A stretch of 64,000 nucleotides of DNA from Octopus bimaculoides. Lineage: Eukaryota. Positions 37,153 to 50,571 of this stretch are shown in pieces. The notes below the pieces were generated by a model, which was not told where the DNA came from, did not search any database, and saw only the letters and a program-made list of their open reading frames with translations. A program made the position numbers and the translations under genes. The stretch spans positions 19,175,296 to 19,239,295 of the forward strand of contig NC_068998.1 in the NCBI RefSeq assembly GCF_001194135.2, given 5' to 3'. How positions within the stretch are numbered: position 1 is the first letter of the stretch; each line of letters starts with the position of its first letter.

Positions 37153-37819
37153 CATGAAACTGAATTAAACAGAAGTGTATTTTGTTTTGATGTAAAAAAG
37201 TTTGTTCAGAGATATGCACAGACATATATTTTATACTGTTCAATAATTTTAAAATTTCCATTTAATTATATTTATAATTATTTATTGGCATATTTTTATA
37301 CTTTCATCATTTTCATGGTCACACTAATTTCATCCAAAATTGTTTAACCCTCCAAAGAATTATAACTTGTTAAAGAATGGTAGCTTGGGGGAATCATTCA
37401 ACTTAGTTACTTGTTCATGAATAAAGTCTTAATTGTGATACTTTTTTCTTCAGTTTACTTATATTTTTTTCGTCATATCACTTACTATAAAATATGGTAG
37501 ACATCAATGACTACACCTAGTCGAGTTCAATTTATAGCTCTACTTCAGAGAATGGTGCTAGTCATTTAAAATCTTAGAAATAACCCAGTGGTCTTGCACA
37601 ATATTTATACCATAATTCAGTTCAGTGGGAAATTCATTGCATACTCTATTGTCCAGTGTAAAAAATCCTGTGACTAGCAGGACATGTTCCATCCAATTTA
37701 TTGCTTAACTTGACTAAGTATGTCCTGGGATTTAGGAGGTTATTGCTTCAGAGATGATCAAAAGGAATACACTAGATGTGTTGTTGTCCTTACTATTTAA
37801 TATTTATAAAACAGTAAGT

Positions 37820-38105
37820 ACTGGTGGCATGTAAAAAGCACCTTTGCCACTATGCAAAGTGGTTGGCATTAGTAAGGGTATCTAGCCATTAAAACCATGC
37901 CAAAGCAGACCTTACCAGTGCTGGTGTCATGTAAAAAGCACTTGTTCCACTCTGTTAGGTGGTTGGCATTGGGAAGGGCATCCAGCCTTAAAAACCATGC
38001 CAAAACAGACAGTGAAGCCTGGTGCCGTCTTCTGGCTTACCAGCTCCTGTCAAACTGTCCAACCCATGCCAGCATGGAAAACAGACATTAAATGATGATG
38101 ATGAA
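37820..38105 (+). mobile_element. Family B repeat
   Basis: Duplicated ggttggcatt..aagggcatccagc modules and a gatgatgatg tail. Confidence 0.7.
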
Positions 38106-38133
38106 TAGCAACAGAAGCAGTATTAATACCAAC

Positions 38134-38416
38134 AGGTAATATTTATCTCCCATTTAATGTGGGTGTTTTAGAACACAAAATGATGTGTTATTTACCATGG
38201 AAGGACCTCTCATATGGACTTGGGTGTATAAAGGCACTAATGTTTATATCGCCAACAAACGATAACCATCGGCTACAGTTGCCACACCTGTCAATGATAT
38301 AAACACAAGTGATTTTATGCACCATGAGTTCATGTGAGAGATCCTCTCATGGTAAGCAACATAGTATTTTGTGTTCTAACACAATACCTACATTAAGTGG
38401 GAGATAAACATTACCT
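38134..38416. mobile_element. MITE-like element with ~48-bp terminal inverted repeats
   Basis: The left arm aggtaatatttatctcccatttaatgtgggtgttttagaacacaaaat pairs with the right arm attttgtgttctaacacaatacctacattaagtgggagataaacattacct. No clear TSD. Confidence 0.65.
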
Positions 38417-41400
38417 TTCAGTATTTATTGTTGAAGATAAGAGGGTGAGAAGGCAAAATGCTTAGCAGCATTTCATTCATCTTTGCATCCTATGTTCAAA
38501 TTCTGCCAAAGTCAACTTTGCCTTTCATCCTTTCGGGGTAAATAAAGTAAGTACCAGTTAATCACTGGAATTGTTGTAATCAACCATTCTCCTCTCCAAA
38601 ATTGCTGGCCTTGTGCCAAAATTTGAAACCAATATTTATTGTTGAAGATTAACAGTTCAGCTTAAAATTTTAAGCCAGGAAAGAAAACAGATATTACAAC
38701 TGTGATGTCTCATTCATTTTAATTATTCATCTGCCATGCAACCATAAGTTTCTGATTCTTGCTTCTGACTTTATCCGTGTACATTCTAACAATAAATAGT
38801 TTGTTGTATCAAATACAATCAAGTTCATACCCCATGTGTATCTAATCTTATCAGAAATCATGTGCTATTGACCTAAAGTTTGTTTCCTTTAGACTTTCTA
38901 ACTTGGAAAGCAAGGCACTTCAACTTAATCTGCTATAACATATACCCAAGAAATCATCCCAACATTGCAACATTTGGTCATAAATAAGGCTCAGTCTTTG
39001 GATAACATCAATAATTCTTGAAAATAATCCACTCTGTTTTTGAAATGCCTACAGATTGTCTTTCACACTAGTTTCTGAAAGCTACACTTTTTACTTTGCT
39101 CTTTTGTTTGCCAGTTCAAAATTTTACTAACTTATCTTCATCTAGTCTCAGTTCATTCGATATGTTAGTGATATACATTTTCACATTTTATATGAGTGAC
39201 TATCATCATTGCTTTAACATCTGTTTTTCTCTGCTGTCATAATGGAATGGAGTTGCAGACATGTTATCGATTGGTTAAGTGGACTTCCTTGCTTCTTTGA
39301 GATCAACTGTCCAATAAGGCTATTGTTCACAAAAGTATGCAAAAAAAAAATTTCAGTTCTGAGTTATCTCTACTTTGACACTTGAAGTCTTGTACTGTAA
39401 ATAACAATTGTCATCATATCCTAAGTTGCGCATTTAAATAATGTCATTGTTTGGGAGGCTGAAAAAAAGTTTAGCCTCATTTTTAGAAAGAATTTGCTGT
39501 TGAAAGACAACTTGTTTACATCACATACATTTGTATTTTTGTTCAGTGAATTTTTTTCATGTTCTTTTTTCTTTCTTAATTCAGTTTTTGAGTGGCTTAG
39601 CGGTTAGGGTGTTGGACTCATGACTGTAAGATTGTAGTTTTGATTCCAGGACCAGGCAATGCATTGTGTCTGTGAGCTAGTCCACTCGGCTAGCAAGAAT
39701 AAGTAATATGGTGAAGTTGCAACAGGCCTGGCAAGCCAGCAATGGATGGTGGATCTGCCTAAAAACAAATAGAAGGGAACTTCTGGACTGGCAGGACATA
39801 GGCCTATCCCGGTGTTGGGTATTGCCTTTCACCAAAAATTAAATCATGGTAGATCCTACCTTAAATAGTGAGTTAGAATTCAGTGATATTATTAATTATT
39901 TAATTAGAGAAAGAGAGCTTGGACTTGGAAGAAGATAATCAGTAATGTTTCAACTGTTCTGACTGGAATTTATGTGTGGATTCATTGAGCAGTGATGACA
40001 AACTTGATCCTGAGTAGGCGAGTACTGGAGTGATGACATAGTTATTATTGCTTTGATGCTTTCATGAGTAATGTGGACCCTTCAAAAACCTTTAAACTTA
40101 GTAGCAAAACCTATTGAGTGTTTTCTTCAACTTTTACCTGAAGAAATGTTTGTCAGAATGAACGATGAAACCATGAGATATATGTATCAACAAGGCATGG
40201 TTACTTTCATTGTATGAATGAAGATGATGATAGCATATCTTGGAATGCTTTTTCTGATGGGAGATGCGCAGCCTCCAGAGATTATTGGTTCATAACAAGT
40301 TCAGCTCTGTAAACCATGCCAGTGCCATGTAGAAAGTACCCAACTCACTCTGTAAAGTGGTTGGCATTAGGAAGGATATCCAGCCATAGAAACCAAACTA
40401 AATCAGACTGGAACCTGATTTGGTTCCAGTCTGATTTGGAACCAAATCAGCTCTCCTGCTTGCCAGCTCTGGTCAAACCATGCAACCCATGCCAGCATGG
40501 AAAATGGACATTAAGTGATGATGAATCAATATCTTGTAAATATATGTAAACACACTACTTGTAATCAACTTCTCTGGGCAGGTGACAATGATATGACAAT
40601 AGGTAAAAATGAAGTTCACAATGCACACCTACAATTTATTACATCCTGTCGCTAAGTTTCATCTAGATTGATGCAGTTGTTATATTTTTATGAATTTTAT
40701 ACTGGAATAACTGCATTATCATCAAAATTTCTAGTTTTTAAAGCAAGATTAGCAAATTTACATAATGAAAGCCCTCCAGGAATTTAAGAGTTAAGAGCCA
40801 CTGTTATCAAAGTTGATCTCATCATATTTGAATTCCTCCACCCTGATTTCCTCCTTTGTCAATTTCACAACAGTGTTTTTAATGGAATATATTCAACACA
40901 CTCGTATACTTTAATCAAAATTTTTGATGTTCAACCATCTTATTTGTTTTCAGCTTTTTTTTTGTTGTTTATTTTTATTTTTTTGTATTCAAAACTGTCT
41001 GTTGAATAAACCATACTGGACTCATTTCTCTCCAGTAGTTACAGATATTCTATTTTACTGCCATATCATATTTCATTGTGTTCGTCAAACTTGCACATTG
41101 CTAACCATCCTTTTTACATGTTGTATATTTGAGAATGGATAGACTGGGTGAGTCTATCCATTTCCAAACAAAAACAATCCAGATGATAGGTAGTTTATGA
41201 AAGTTTGAGTGAGATGATAAGGTATAGCAGAGGCACCAATTCTCTGCAGTTCTTCTTTTCCATTCTTAGCTTAACTATTACTCTATTTTCACTACGTATT
41301 TTTTCATTACATTTCTGTAGTATTTTTGTACATTTTGAATTTCCTATTGCCTCTAAGTAATTTCATCAAGATTTTACCTTCTTTTTTATTCTATATATAT

Positions 41401-41849
41401 GTAATTTCTTGGCAATCAGTTGTCTTTATAATTACTCTCGTAATTATGAATACTTGATAATTCTCCTGATTTGCATAAACTATATCATGTAGATGTTGTG
41501 TACTGGGAAATGAATAGACTAGAATAGTTCCTGATAACTTTTTCTAATAAGCAATAAGTTTTAAGTGCTTCAGAAGAAACAAAATGAGAATTGTGATATT
41601 TGTATCTTTCCTGGTGTTGGTGACGCAAAATTAATATAGTTGGGAATCAAAATCAAATCATAATAACTTCTTTAAAACTTAAAAACAAATTCTGTTGCAC
41701 AGTGAAATACTACCAGGTATAACACATGCATTGTTTCTTCATTATTCTTGAATCATTGCTGTAAAATTTGTTCATCATTTTAAAATTTTTGACTAACAAA
41801 AATCATATAAATACATACAAGTACATGTGATAACATTTTCATCATCTTC

Positions 41850-42055
41850 TAAGGCAGTGGAGCTGGCAGAAGCATTAGCAATCCAGACGAAGTGCTTGGT
41901 GGTATTTTATCCGTCGCTACGTTCTGAGTTCAAATTCCACCGAGGTCAACTTTGCTTTTCATCCTTTCAGGGTCGATAAATTAAGTGCCAGTTGATCGAA
42001 TCAACTGGCCCCCTCCCCCAAAATTTCAAGCCTTGTGCCTAGAGTAGAAAAGAAC
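41850..42055 (+). mobile_element. Family C SINE (taaggcagtggagctggcaga...ttctgagttcaaattcc...)
   Basis: B-box-like gagttcaaattcc. Related copies at ~38435-38640, ~45243-45430, ~49655-49780 and ~5215-5400 (-). Confidence 0.7.
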
Positions 42056-44019
42056 ATTTTCATCTTCTAATAAAAAAAGGTTGTTGACTTTTTTTTTTTT
42101 TTTTTTTTTTTTCACAGATGCAATAAGTGTGTAAAATTAATGTGTGATATATTTAGCAATATCTAGTTACTGGAAAATCAGAAATTAATATATAATTTAA
42201 ACTAGCGCACATAGAGACACTAAGTGGCTACGTGGCGAGGTTATATCTTGAGTGATGACTACATATTTACTTAAGGTGTTTCATTGTCATTAAGAAATTA
42301 ATACATTACTGCACATGATGTACATTAAATTAGGCTTTTATACATACATAATAGTAAGTAGTAAAGACTCCCTTTGGTCACAAATGACCTTGGGATTGCA
42401 CCTAGAAAGTTCCTCTCTTTGGCACAAGTTCAGGCAAGGTTGTTTGTAGGAGACCAGCAGTTGCCCATCCATGCCAGTCTCCCCTCTCCATGCCACTAAT
42501 GTTATCCAAGGGAAAGACAAAGGCCGATACAGCTTGGCACCAGTGACGTTGCAAGTCATTTCTACAGCTGAGTGAACTGGAGCAACATGAAATAAAGTGT
42601 TTTGCTCAAGAACAACACACAGCCTGGTCTGGGAATCAAACTCACAACCTCACAATTTTCAGCTGACACTCTAACCACTGAGCCATGCATGTATGTATGT
42701 ATATATATATGTGTGTGTGTGTGTGTAAATGTTTGTTTTTATGTTCAGTTATAATAAAAACAAGTTTATATTAATCTGAAGAATTACTCCATACTTTTGT
42801 AGAGTACAAATTTATTATTCTTTAGCAAGAATATTATTGACAGTGACTTCGAACTTTTAGCCAGCTAAGCCATTATTGGACTGTCATACATATATGTATT
42901 TTCTCTTAAATTTTTTTAAATACATCACAGATTACCTCCAACTTCCATTAATAACACACCTATATCCCATCCTATGCATTCAACAAAGGTCTTGATAATG
43001 AAATCATCAGAACATGTGATGTTAAAACCAGTGTAGATGTGAACAAAACCAAATGTATCTCAAGATCCATTGATAATATTTTATTAATCTATTGAGAAGA
43101 ACACCGCATTCAGGGTCTCCTTAAATATAGAGAATTATGGAATTAGTTGTAAATTTACAGATGCTTAACTCACCTGTCTATGACTTATAGGTGTTGTAAC
43201 ACCCAATGCCTTAATGGAGTCATCTCCACTGTGCCAAATTTGCAGCCTACTGGCAAACAAGCAATGCACATACATTGAATATGTGTGTTCAGTAATGTTT
43301 ACAACATTAGTGCTGCTTCTAATTAATATCTGAATTTAATTTTACATATGCATCATCTGGGCATACCAGCAAATGTTTTTTTTACACTATTTGTATATAG
43401 TGTAATTGGCAATTCAGTTCAGGTATGTGATGTTGATAAGCCACAAAAATGGTGAAACATCAATGTCCATCACTCTTGGATAGGATTTGTGGTGAGTTGT
43501 CTCACCTGTCTATGACTTTCATGTATTTTAACACCCAGCGTTTTGAAGTCGTCTCCGCCATGCTAAATCACAGCCTACTAACAAACAAGCAATGCACATA
43601 CATTGAGTATGTGTGTTTGATAATGTTTATATATATATATATATATTAAATACTTAAATGTGTCACAGTAAGTGTTCTCTTCTTCTCATCCCTTTAACAT
43701 TTCACCTACACCCAGTCCTATTACAGTTTAACATGGTTTTGGCAATGAAATTAGACTTACATATGTTACCACCAGTGTGTATTTTAGAACAAAGATGAAT
43801 ATATCTCAGAGACTATTGATAATCTATTAATTTCCCAACAAGAGCACTCCACTGAGGTCTCCTTCGATATTAAAATAACTTGCAGATATAGTTACAAATA
43901 TAGGGGATCTATATTTTCTAAAATGAATATACCTATATATTTACATAGATACATACATACATATACGTAAGGGGAGGGAGCATGTAAATATATGTTTGTA
44001 TATATATACATTTTTATCT

Positions 44020-44390
44020 TTTACTTGTTTTAATTGTTGGACTGCTGCCATGCTGGGGCACCACCTTGAAGGGTTTTTAATCAAGCGAATCAACTTCAAT
44101 ACTTATATTTTCTTTTAAAGTCTGGTACTTATTTTATTGGTCTCTTTTGCCAAACTGCTATGTAATGGGGACATAAACAAACTAACACTAGTTGTCAAGT
44201 GGTAGGAGAGGGACAAAAACACACACACACATACACACAACAAGCTTTGTTTAGTTTCCACTCACAAGGTTTTGGTCAACCTGAGGCTGTAGTAGAAGAC
44301 ATTTACCCAAAATGCCATACAATGGACTGGACATGGAATCGTGGTTGGGAATCAAGCCTCTTACCACATAGCCATGCCTGTCCTCATATG
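44020..44390 (-). mobile_element. Family A SINE copy
   Basis: Head and tail modules. Confidence 0.75.
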
Positions 44391-44437
<47 letters not shown>

Positions 44438-46386
44438 CGACTACTCTTAGACAAGCCTTGGCTATTGCTGACAGAGTGTCAGCAATGTTTGTGCAAGGAT
44501 TTTAAATTGAGCACGGCTTGCACAACTCCACAACAGCTGTCACTAGCAATACTAAGAAGTCCAGAGACAAGAAAAATGTAAAATATCCAACTCGGTTGAT
44601 CAGTGGGTTTTATATACGAGTTTGCCTTCTCCTAGAGGGATGCCTTAAAAACTAAGGACTCCCTCATTCCCAGTGGACTTATTGCATCTTCAGACACTGA
44701 CCTGAGTATTTCTAAATCCTGGCACATATACATGCAGGCATACATACAGAGATAGAATGAAAGGAAAAAAGATAGAAACAGAGAAAGTATCTTGTATATT
44801 CTACTTCATTCTGATGCATCTGACTGTAACTGAAAATTCTACGTGTTACCCAAAGACATTTTTACAAGAGGCTAAAGTGAAGATATTTCAAGCTCCAGTG
44901 AACATAACTGGATAATCCTCTGTAAAGAGTTCGATAAAGCAAACTAATTTGACATTATAATTAAGATAGCAAGTTCACAGGGATTATCTAACTGTTACAA
45001 CACCACCAGTGTTATGTTTTTGTATCTTTGTTCTTGGTGGCGATGGTGGCAGTGATTTGTGTTAATAATGAAGAGATAAAGGAGCAGGTCAGTGACTTAA
45101 ATAATTGACACAACCTCCATCTAGTGCCTCTAATTACTCCTTTCTAACAATTTTTTTAAATGCATACAAACTTTTAACATGAATCATCTTACACAGATTA
45201 CTAACCTTAGTTTTTGTTTATTAATCTCTGTGGTTAAAAATAAGGTGTCAAGCTGGCAGAACCGTTAGCCTGCCAGGCAAAATGTTTTGCGGCATTTCCA
45301 CCATCCTTGCATTCTGAGTTCAAATTCCACTAGGATCAATAAAATAAGTATCAGTTGAGCACTGGGTTCAATGTAATCAACTTAGCTTCTCCCCCGAAAT
45401 TCCTGGCCTTGTGCCAAAATTTGAAACCAGTATCTGTAGACATATTGAGCTATCCAGTGGAGTTACAGTATAAACAAGAAGAGTTTGAGGGAGATGAAAT
45501 AAGAATTGTATCAATATTATTATGATCACTTCAAAAGTGATCAAAATAATATCGATCTTTCTAGGGAGTATTGCTCTGTGTATTCATTTTAGATAAAATT
45601 ATTTTCACTCTTTCTATATATATGTTTACAAACACAATATACATTATCATCATCGTCATTTAATGTTCATTTTCCATGCTGGCATGGTTTAAACAGCTTG
45701 GCAAAGCCAGGGGCCCCACCAGGTTCCATAGTTTGTTTTGGCTTGGTTTCTACAGCTGGATGCCCTTCCTGACTCCACAATGTACTGGGTGCTTCTTACA
45801 TGGTATCATCACCAATGCTTTTTATGTGACACCAGCACCCACACCACTACTTTTACATGGCACCTTGGCTTTAGGATTTCATTTCTGTTGTGGTGGGCAG
45901 GTAAGGTTCTGCATTTTTGAGATCGGTCTCCAATACTTCATTCCATGTCTTTCTGGGTTTCCCTCTTTCACAACTTCCCTTCACTATACAGTTAATTATT
46001 TACATATAACATTAAATTTTAATTGTATTTTTTTCAAAATGTTCAATATTGCTTTATCATAATGGTCAGATCCTGTTTTATAGTTATGATGCTGTGTATT
46101 TATTATATTCAGTCAGATACCCCTTATCACACTCCATTGTCCCAGAAAAGGAAAGAATACATTAGATAATGTAGTTCTGTGTCTAAGAGAGAGAAAAAAA
46201 CAATTGAGATGGTTATGGGTAGAATGCCTTTGATTATGTATCACTTCGATGAGAATTGATCTTAGGCTAAGCAACAGCAACTTCCTATTGTAAGAGGCTA
46301 TTTCTGCCAGTGAACTACATATTACCATTTACAGTTATGTAAAGATTTGGGTCAGGAATTTTGACAGTTAAATATCTTTACCAGTG

Positions 46387-46574
46387 ACCAGTCGATGTTT
46401 AGCTCCAGGTCAACCCTTACCCAGCAGACTTATGATAAAAGACATTCCAGATATGACCATCCCTTTTGTGTGGATTATCTACCAGTCGATGTTTAGCTCC
46501 AGGTCAACCCTTACCCAGCAGACCTATGATAAAAGACATTCCAGATATGACCATCCCTTTTGTGTGGATTATCT
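46387..46574 (+). repeat. Near-perfect 94-bp tandem duplication
   Basis: 46387-46480 and 46481-46574 differ at one base (gacttatg/gacctatg). Confidence 0.9.
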
Positions 46575-47173
46575 TTTATCTATCAATTGTTCCAGTCATT
46601 ATACTGTGGTCATGTTGAAGAATTTTAGCCAAATGAATCAACCCCAATATTTTTTTTTAAGCTTGGTATTTATTCTATTGGTCTCTTTTGTTGAACTGCT
46701 AGGGTACAGGGACATAAACACACCAACACTGGTTGTCAAACAGTAATGGGAAGACAAACATAGACACAAAGATGCACACATATAGATATGTATACAATGG
46801 GCTTCATTCTTATTTAATAAATTAGAGTATGATTTGAGGAAGACTTAATTGCCCTTTCTAGCAAGTTATTCTAATGGTATATTGAGTTAGAAACAAGCTT
46901 TAAAAACACAAAACTGTTAAATTCGACACGTTTAGAGTTTCATTAGAATATCCTGCCTTCAGACAAAACAAGCATCTGTTAGTATCTGAGCCTCATAATT
47001 TAGATCAGTATTTAACGAACCCTTCTATGATAAGTGGGCAGAGAAAACAAACATTGAGACATCTTTATAGTAGTCTCTTTGTAAACAGAAGACTTGTTCA
47101 AATGTTATCATTTGTTTCCTGTTCACCATGTAACTACGCCTGGGCTGTTCATTGTTTGATAAACTGGAGGTTA

Positions 47174-47401
47174 TTGACCCATTAGCATTCATATTATTCT
47201 ATCAAAAGTAATATTTATTTATTCACATTGTTTTGAATTAATCCTGTATTATTTTGTTACGTTGAGATTTTGATGATGTGATAGTTTATTTTTAGAATAA
47301 TCTTATAGGATAAGTGTGAGAGGCTGGATCTGGCCAGTATGAACATAAAACAGGCAGAATATTCAGGCCTGATATTGCCAGTTTAAATGTTAAAGGGTTA
47401 A
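47174..47401 (+). mobile_element. piggyBac-like MITE
   Basis: Homolog of the 20507 copy; ends aaagggTTAA. Confidence 0.7.
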
Positions 47402-47639
47402 CTTGCTTGGAAACAGGAGGGGCATTTAGCCATAGAAAATCTGTCTCAGTGAATTTTGTCTGACCCATTCAAGTATAGAGAAGTGGAAGTTAACATGATG
47501 ACGATGTTAATATTATTATTGTGCATGAATAGTATAACAGTGACATCTATAACCTGTTGTTAAATATAAGATTGATAGTAACTTAGACCTAAAATATTTC
47601 ATGACACTGACTAATAGAACTAATGGAATAGGGTATTCA

Positions 47640-48120
47640 TTGTGTCCAGCAGATTGGAGTCAGGCATTAATGGCACTGATTGTCTCAATCAATTTCAGTG
47701 TTGACGTATCTGAATCTGTTAGTGAGAGTTGTTTCTTCACTTAATATTATCAAGAGCTAAATGGTGTGTCCACAAGATTCTGCCCTATCACCTATCTTCT
47801 TCAATCTCTCTCTGCACAACCTCATTACTGTTTTGTACACTATGCATGTAACAGCTTATACTGATGACACTACAATTACATAGTCCTTACAGCTTACACC
47901 TCCATAATAAATTAACAGCAATATTCAATAATGATCTGTTACGGTGGCAAACATGCATCATCTTACACTCTGTGTTACACTCAACAAAATTAATATCATC
48001 ACACTCACACACAAAAAAGCTGAAGCATCACATTTAATAATCTCAAAGATTTTCACACAGCACATTGAGCACAATGAACTAACCTGCTAGAAACAACAAC
48101 CAGATCTTACTCACATTATT
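47640..48120 (+). mobile_element. Highly decayed LINE RT fragment
   Basis: ggtgtgtccacaagattctgccctatcacct resembles GVPQGSALSP; gcttatactgatgacactacaatt reads AYTDDTTI, similar to YADD. Confidence 0.6.
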
Positions 48121-48464
48121 GTTGTAAAAAAATAAAAAAAAAGACAGAGGAATGGTACATTAGAGAATGTAGTCCCAGATACTTCCAATAAGACAGGCTG
48201 GTTAGGGTTGGAATGCCTTTGATCACAGGTCTTTTTGATTAAAATTGCACTGTAGCTAAAGAACAACATAGAGGACAACCAAAACCCACTTCAAACATTC
48301 AGTGGTCCAGTTCTGCCAAACTGAAAAAACCATGGTACTAGGTTCCAAGTAATATATAACATCCATTGTAGACAATGTATACAAGCTCTGCTTGGATTCC
48401 TTAACTTTTCTATATCAAGCAATTTATAAACTACCCTAAACGGTATTCTCCACATTGTTTATAG

Positions 48465-49020
48465 GCACAGGTTTGGTTGTGTGGCTAGAAAGCTTGCTTT
48501 GTAATCATGTGTTAGGTTCAGTCCAACAGCACAGTGCCTTGGGCAAGTATCTTCTACTATAACCCTGGGTTGACCAATACCTTAAGAATGAATTGGCTGA
48601 TGGAAACAGTGTAGAAGCTTGTCATTCATATATATGTTAGTATGTGTGGCCATTTATTATCTTTTACCTTTTACTTGTTTCAGTCATTGGACTACGGTCC
48701 TGCTGGAGCACTGCATTGTAGGGTTTAGTCAGACAAATTGAACCCAGCACTTATTTTTTAAGTCTGATACTTATCCTATCAATCTCTTTTGTTGAACTGG
48801 TAAGTTTCAGGGATGTAAACTGACCAACACGAATTGTCAACAAACATGAACACATACACATGTACATATGTATATGATGGATTTTCCACAGTTTCCATCT
48901 ACCAAATTCACTCACAAGACATTGGTTGGCCCAAGGTTGTTGTAGAGGAATGCTTGCCCAAGATGCCATGCAACAGTAATTACAAAGCAAGCTTTTTTCA
49001 TGCAGCCACACCTGCACCTA
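48465..49020. mobile_element. Two family A SINE copies in opposite orientation (+ 48465-48640, - 48660-49020)
   Basis: tRNA-like heads at both ends point inward. Confidence 0.7.
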
Positions 49021-49126
49021 ATATCAAAAATTGATTTAACAAATATATAGCACAGTGGCTAAAGTTTAAATGCTGAAAATGAATCATTTGGTTATAAGTT
49101 TCATTTCAAGCACTACTCAGGACTAA

Positions 49127-49498
49127 CTTGTTGGCACTCCGTCGAGGGTTCCAGTTGATCCGATCAACGGAACAGCCTGCTCGTGAAATTAACATGCAAG
49201 TGGCTGAGCACTCCACAGACACGTGTACCCTTAACGTAGTTCTCGGGGATATTCAGCGTGACACAGTGTGACAAGGCTGACCCTTTGAATTACAGGCACA
49301 ACAGAAACAGGAAGTAAGAGTGAAAGAAAGTTGTGGTGAAAGAGTACAGCAGGGTTCGCCACCATCCCCTGCCGGAGCCTCGTGGAGCTTTAGGTGTTTT
49401 CGCTCAATAAACACTCACAATGCCCGATCTGGGAATCAAAACCGCGATCCTATGACGGCGAGTTCGCTGCCCTGACCACTGGGCCATTGTGCTTCCAC
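49127..49498 (-). mobile_element. Young full-length family D SINE with 12-bp TSD
   Basis: Near-identical to the other two copies. TSD actcaggactaa at 49115-49126 and 49499-49510. Confidence 0.9.
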
Positions 49499-50525
49499 AC
49501 TCAGGACTAAATATAACTCTGCTTATCTCAGTTTGCCTGACTTTTAAAGTTGGTTCCAGTCTTTACTTTTAGATGTAAAAGCAATTTAGCATGGAAAATA
49601 GATGTCAATCAAAATAACACCCCTCCTCCAAAACCTGTAAATATATTCAAATTAATTTACCATCCTTACATTCTGAGTTCAGATCTTACTGAGGTTGACT
49701 TTGCCTTTCATCCTTTCGCAATCAATAAAATAAGTACCAGGTGAGCACTGGAATCGATGTAATCAACTCAACTACTCCTGAGTAAGTGTATAAAAACTGT
49801 ACCCCTCTACCAAGCCATGTTGAGCCTGTGTGGCAGAGTAGGCTCATCAAACCAGTATCATCTTGAGTATCTTGAGCTTAAATTCATGGCCTTCATATCA
49901 GACCATTGTTGGTGGAGAGAACATGCTGAGGCCTTCATCCTGCTGTGAACTGAACATAGGCAATCCAATCCAATTTGCCATCATCTTTGTCATATTTTTA
50001 TTATAGTTGTATGGATGTGCAATATGTCATATCACTATTCATCTATAGTAATTGTTCTCAATGTTTTGTAGTTCAGCTTATCGCTTTAACATCCACTTTT
50101 CCATGCTTACATGGGTTGAATGGAATTTATTGAGGTAGATTTTCTTTAGATGGATGCCCTTCTTGTCACCAACCCTCATCAGTTTTCAAGTGAAGTAATA
50201 TCCCCCACCTGTGAGTGAAGGCATGTGGCTTAGTGGTTAGGGTATTCTGCTCACAATCATAAGATTGCAAGTTCAATTCTCAGTAGGGCACATTGTGTCT
50301 TTGAGCTAGACACTTTATTTCTCACTGCTCCAGTCCACTCAGCTGGAGCCCTCTGTGTCATAACTGACAGAGTGCCAGTAATATTTCCCCATGGCTGGAC
50401 ATGTTTTCTCAGTAGTTTGAAGGACACTTCCTGTATGATGGTGACACTCATTTACAACAATCATGCGATGTGAAGATGAAAAGACACTAACACTTACACA
50501 CACACAGATACATATGCACATGATG

Positions 50526-50571
<46 letters not shown>

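Noticed and set aside
39115-39195. Candidate HBS1L exon (cttttgtttgccag|, VQNFTNLSSSSLSSFD...)
   Set aside because: The acceptor is good and phase 1 is open, but the donors are weak or phase-inconsistent and there is no recognisable HBS1 similarity.
42118-42140. Very strong acceptor (poly-T cacag|)
   Set aside because: Stops follow within a few codons in the phase-0 and phase-1 frames.
46606-46620. ggtcatgttgaa resembling GHVD of the GTPase P-loop
   Set aside because: It is a deleted version of the family A SINE tail and has no AGKS continuation.
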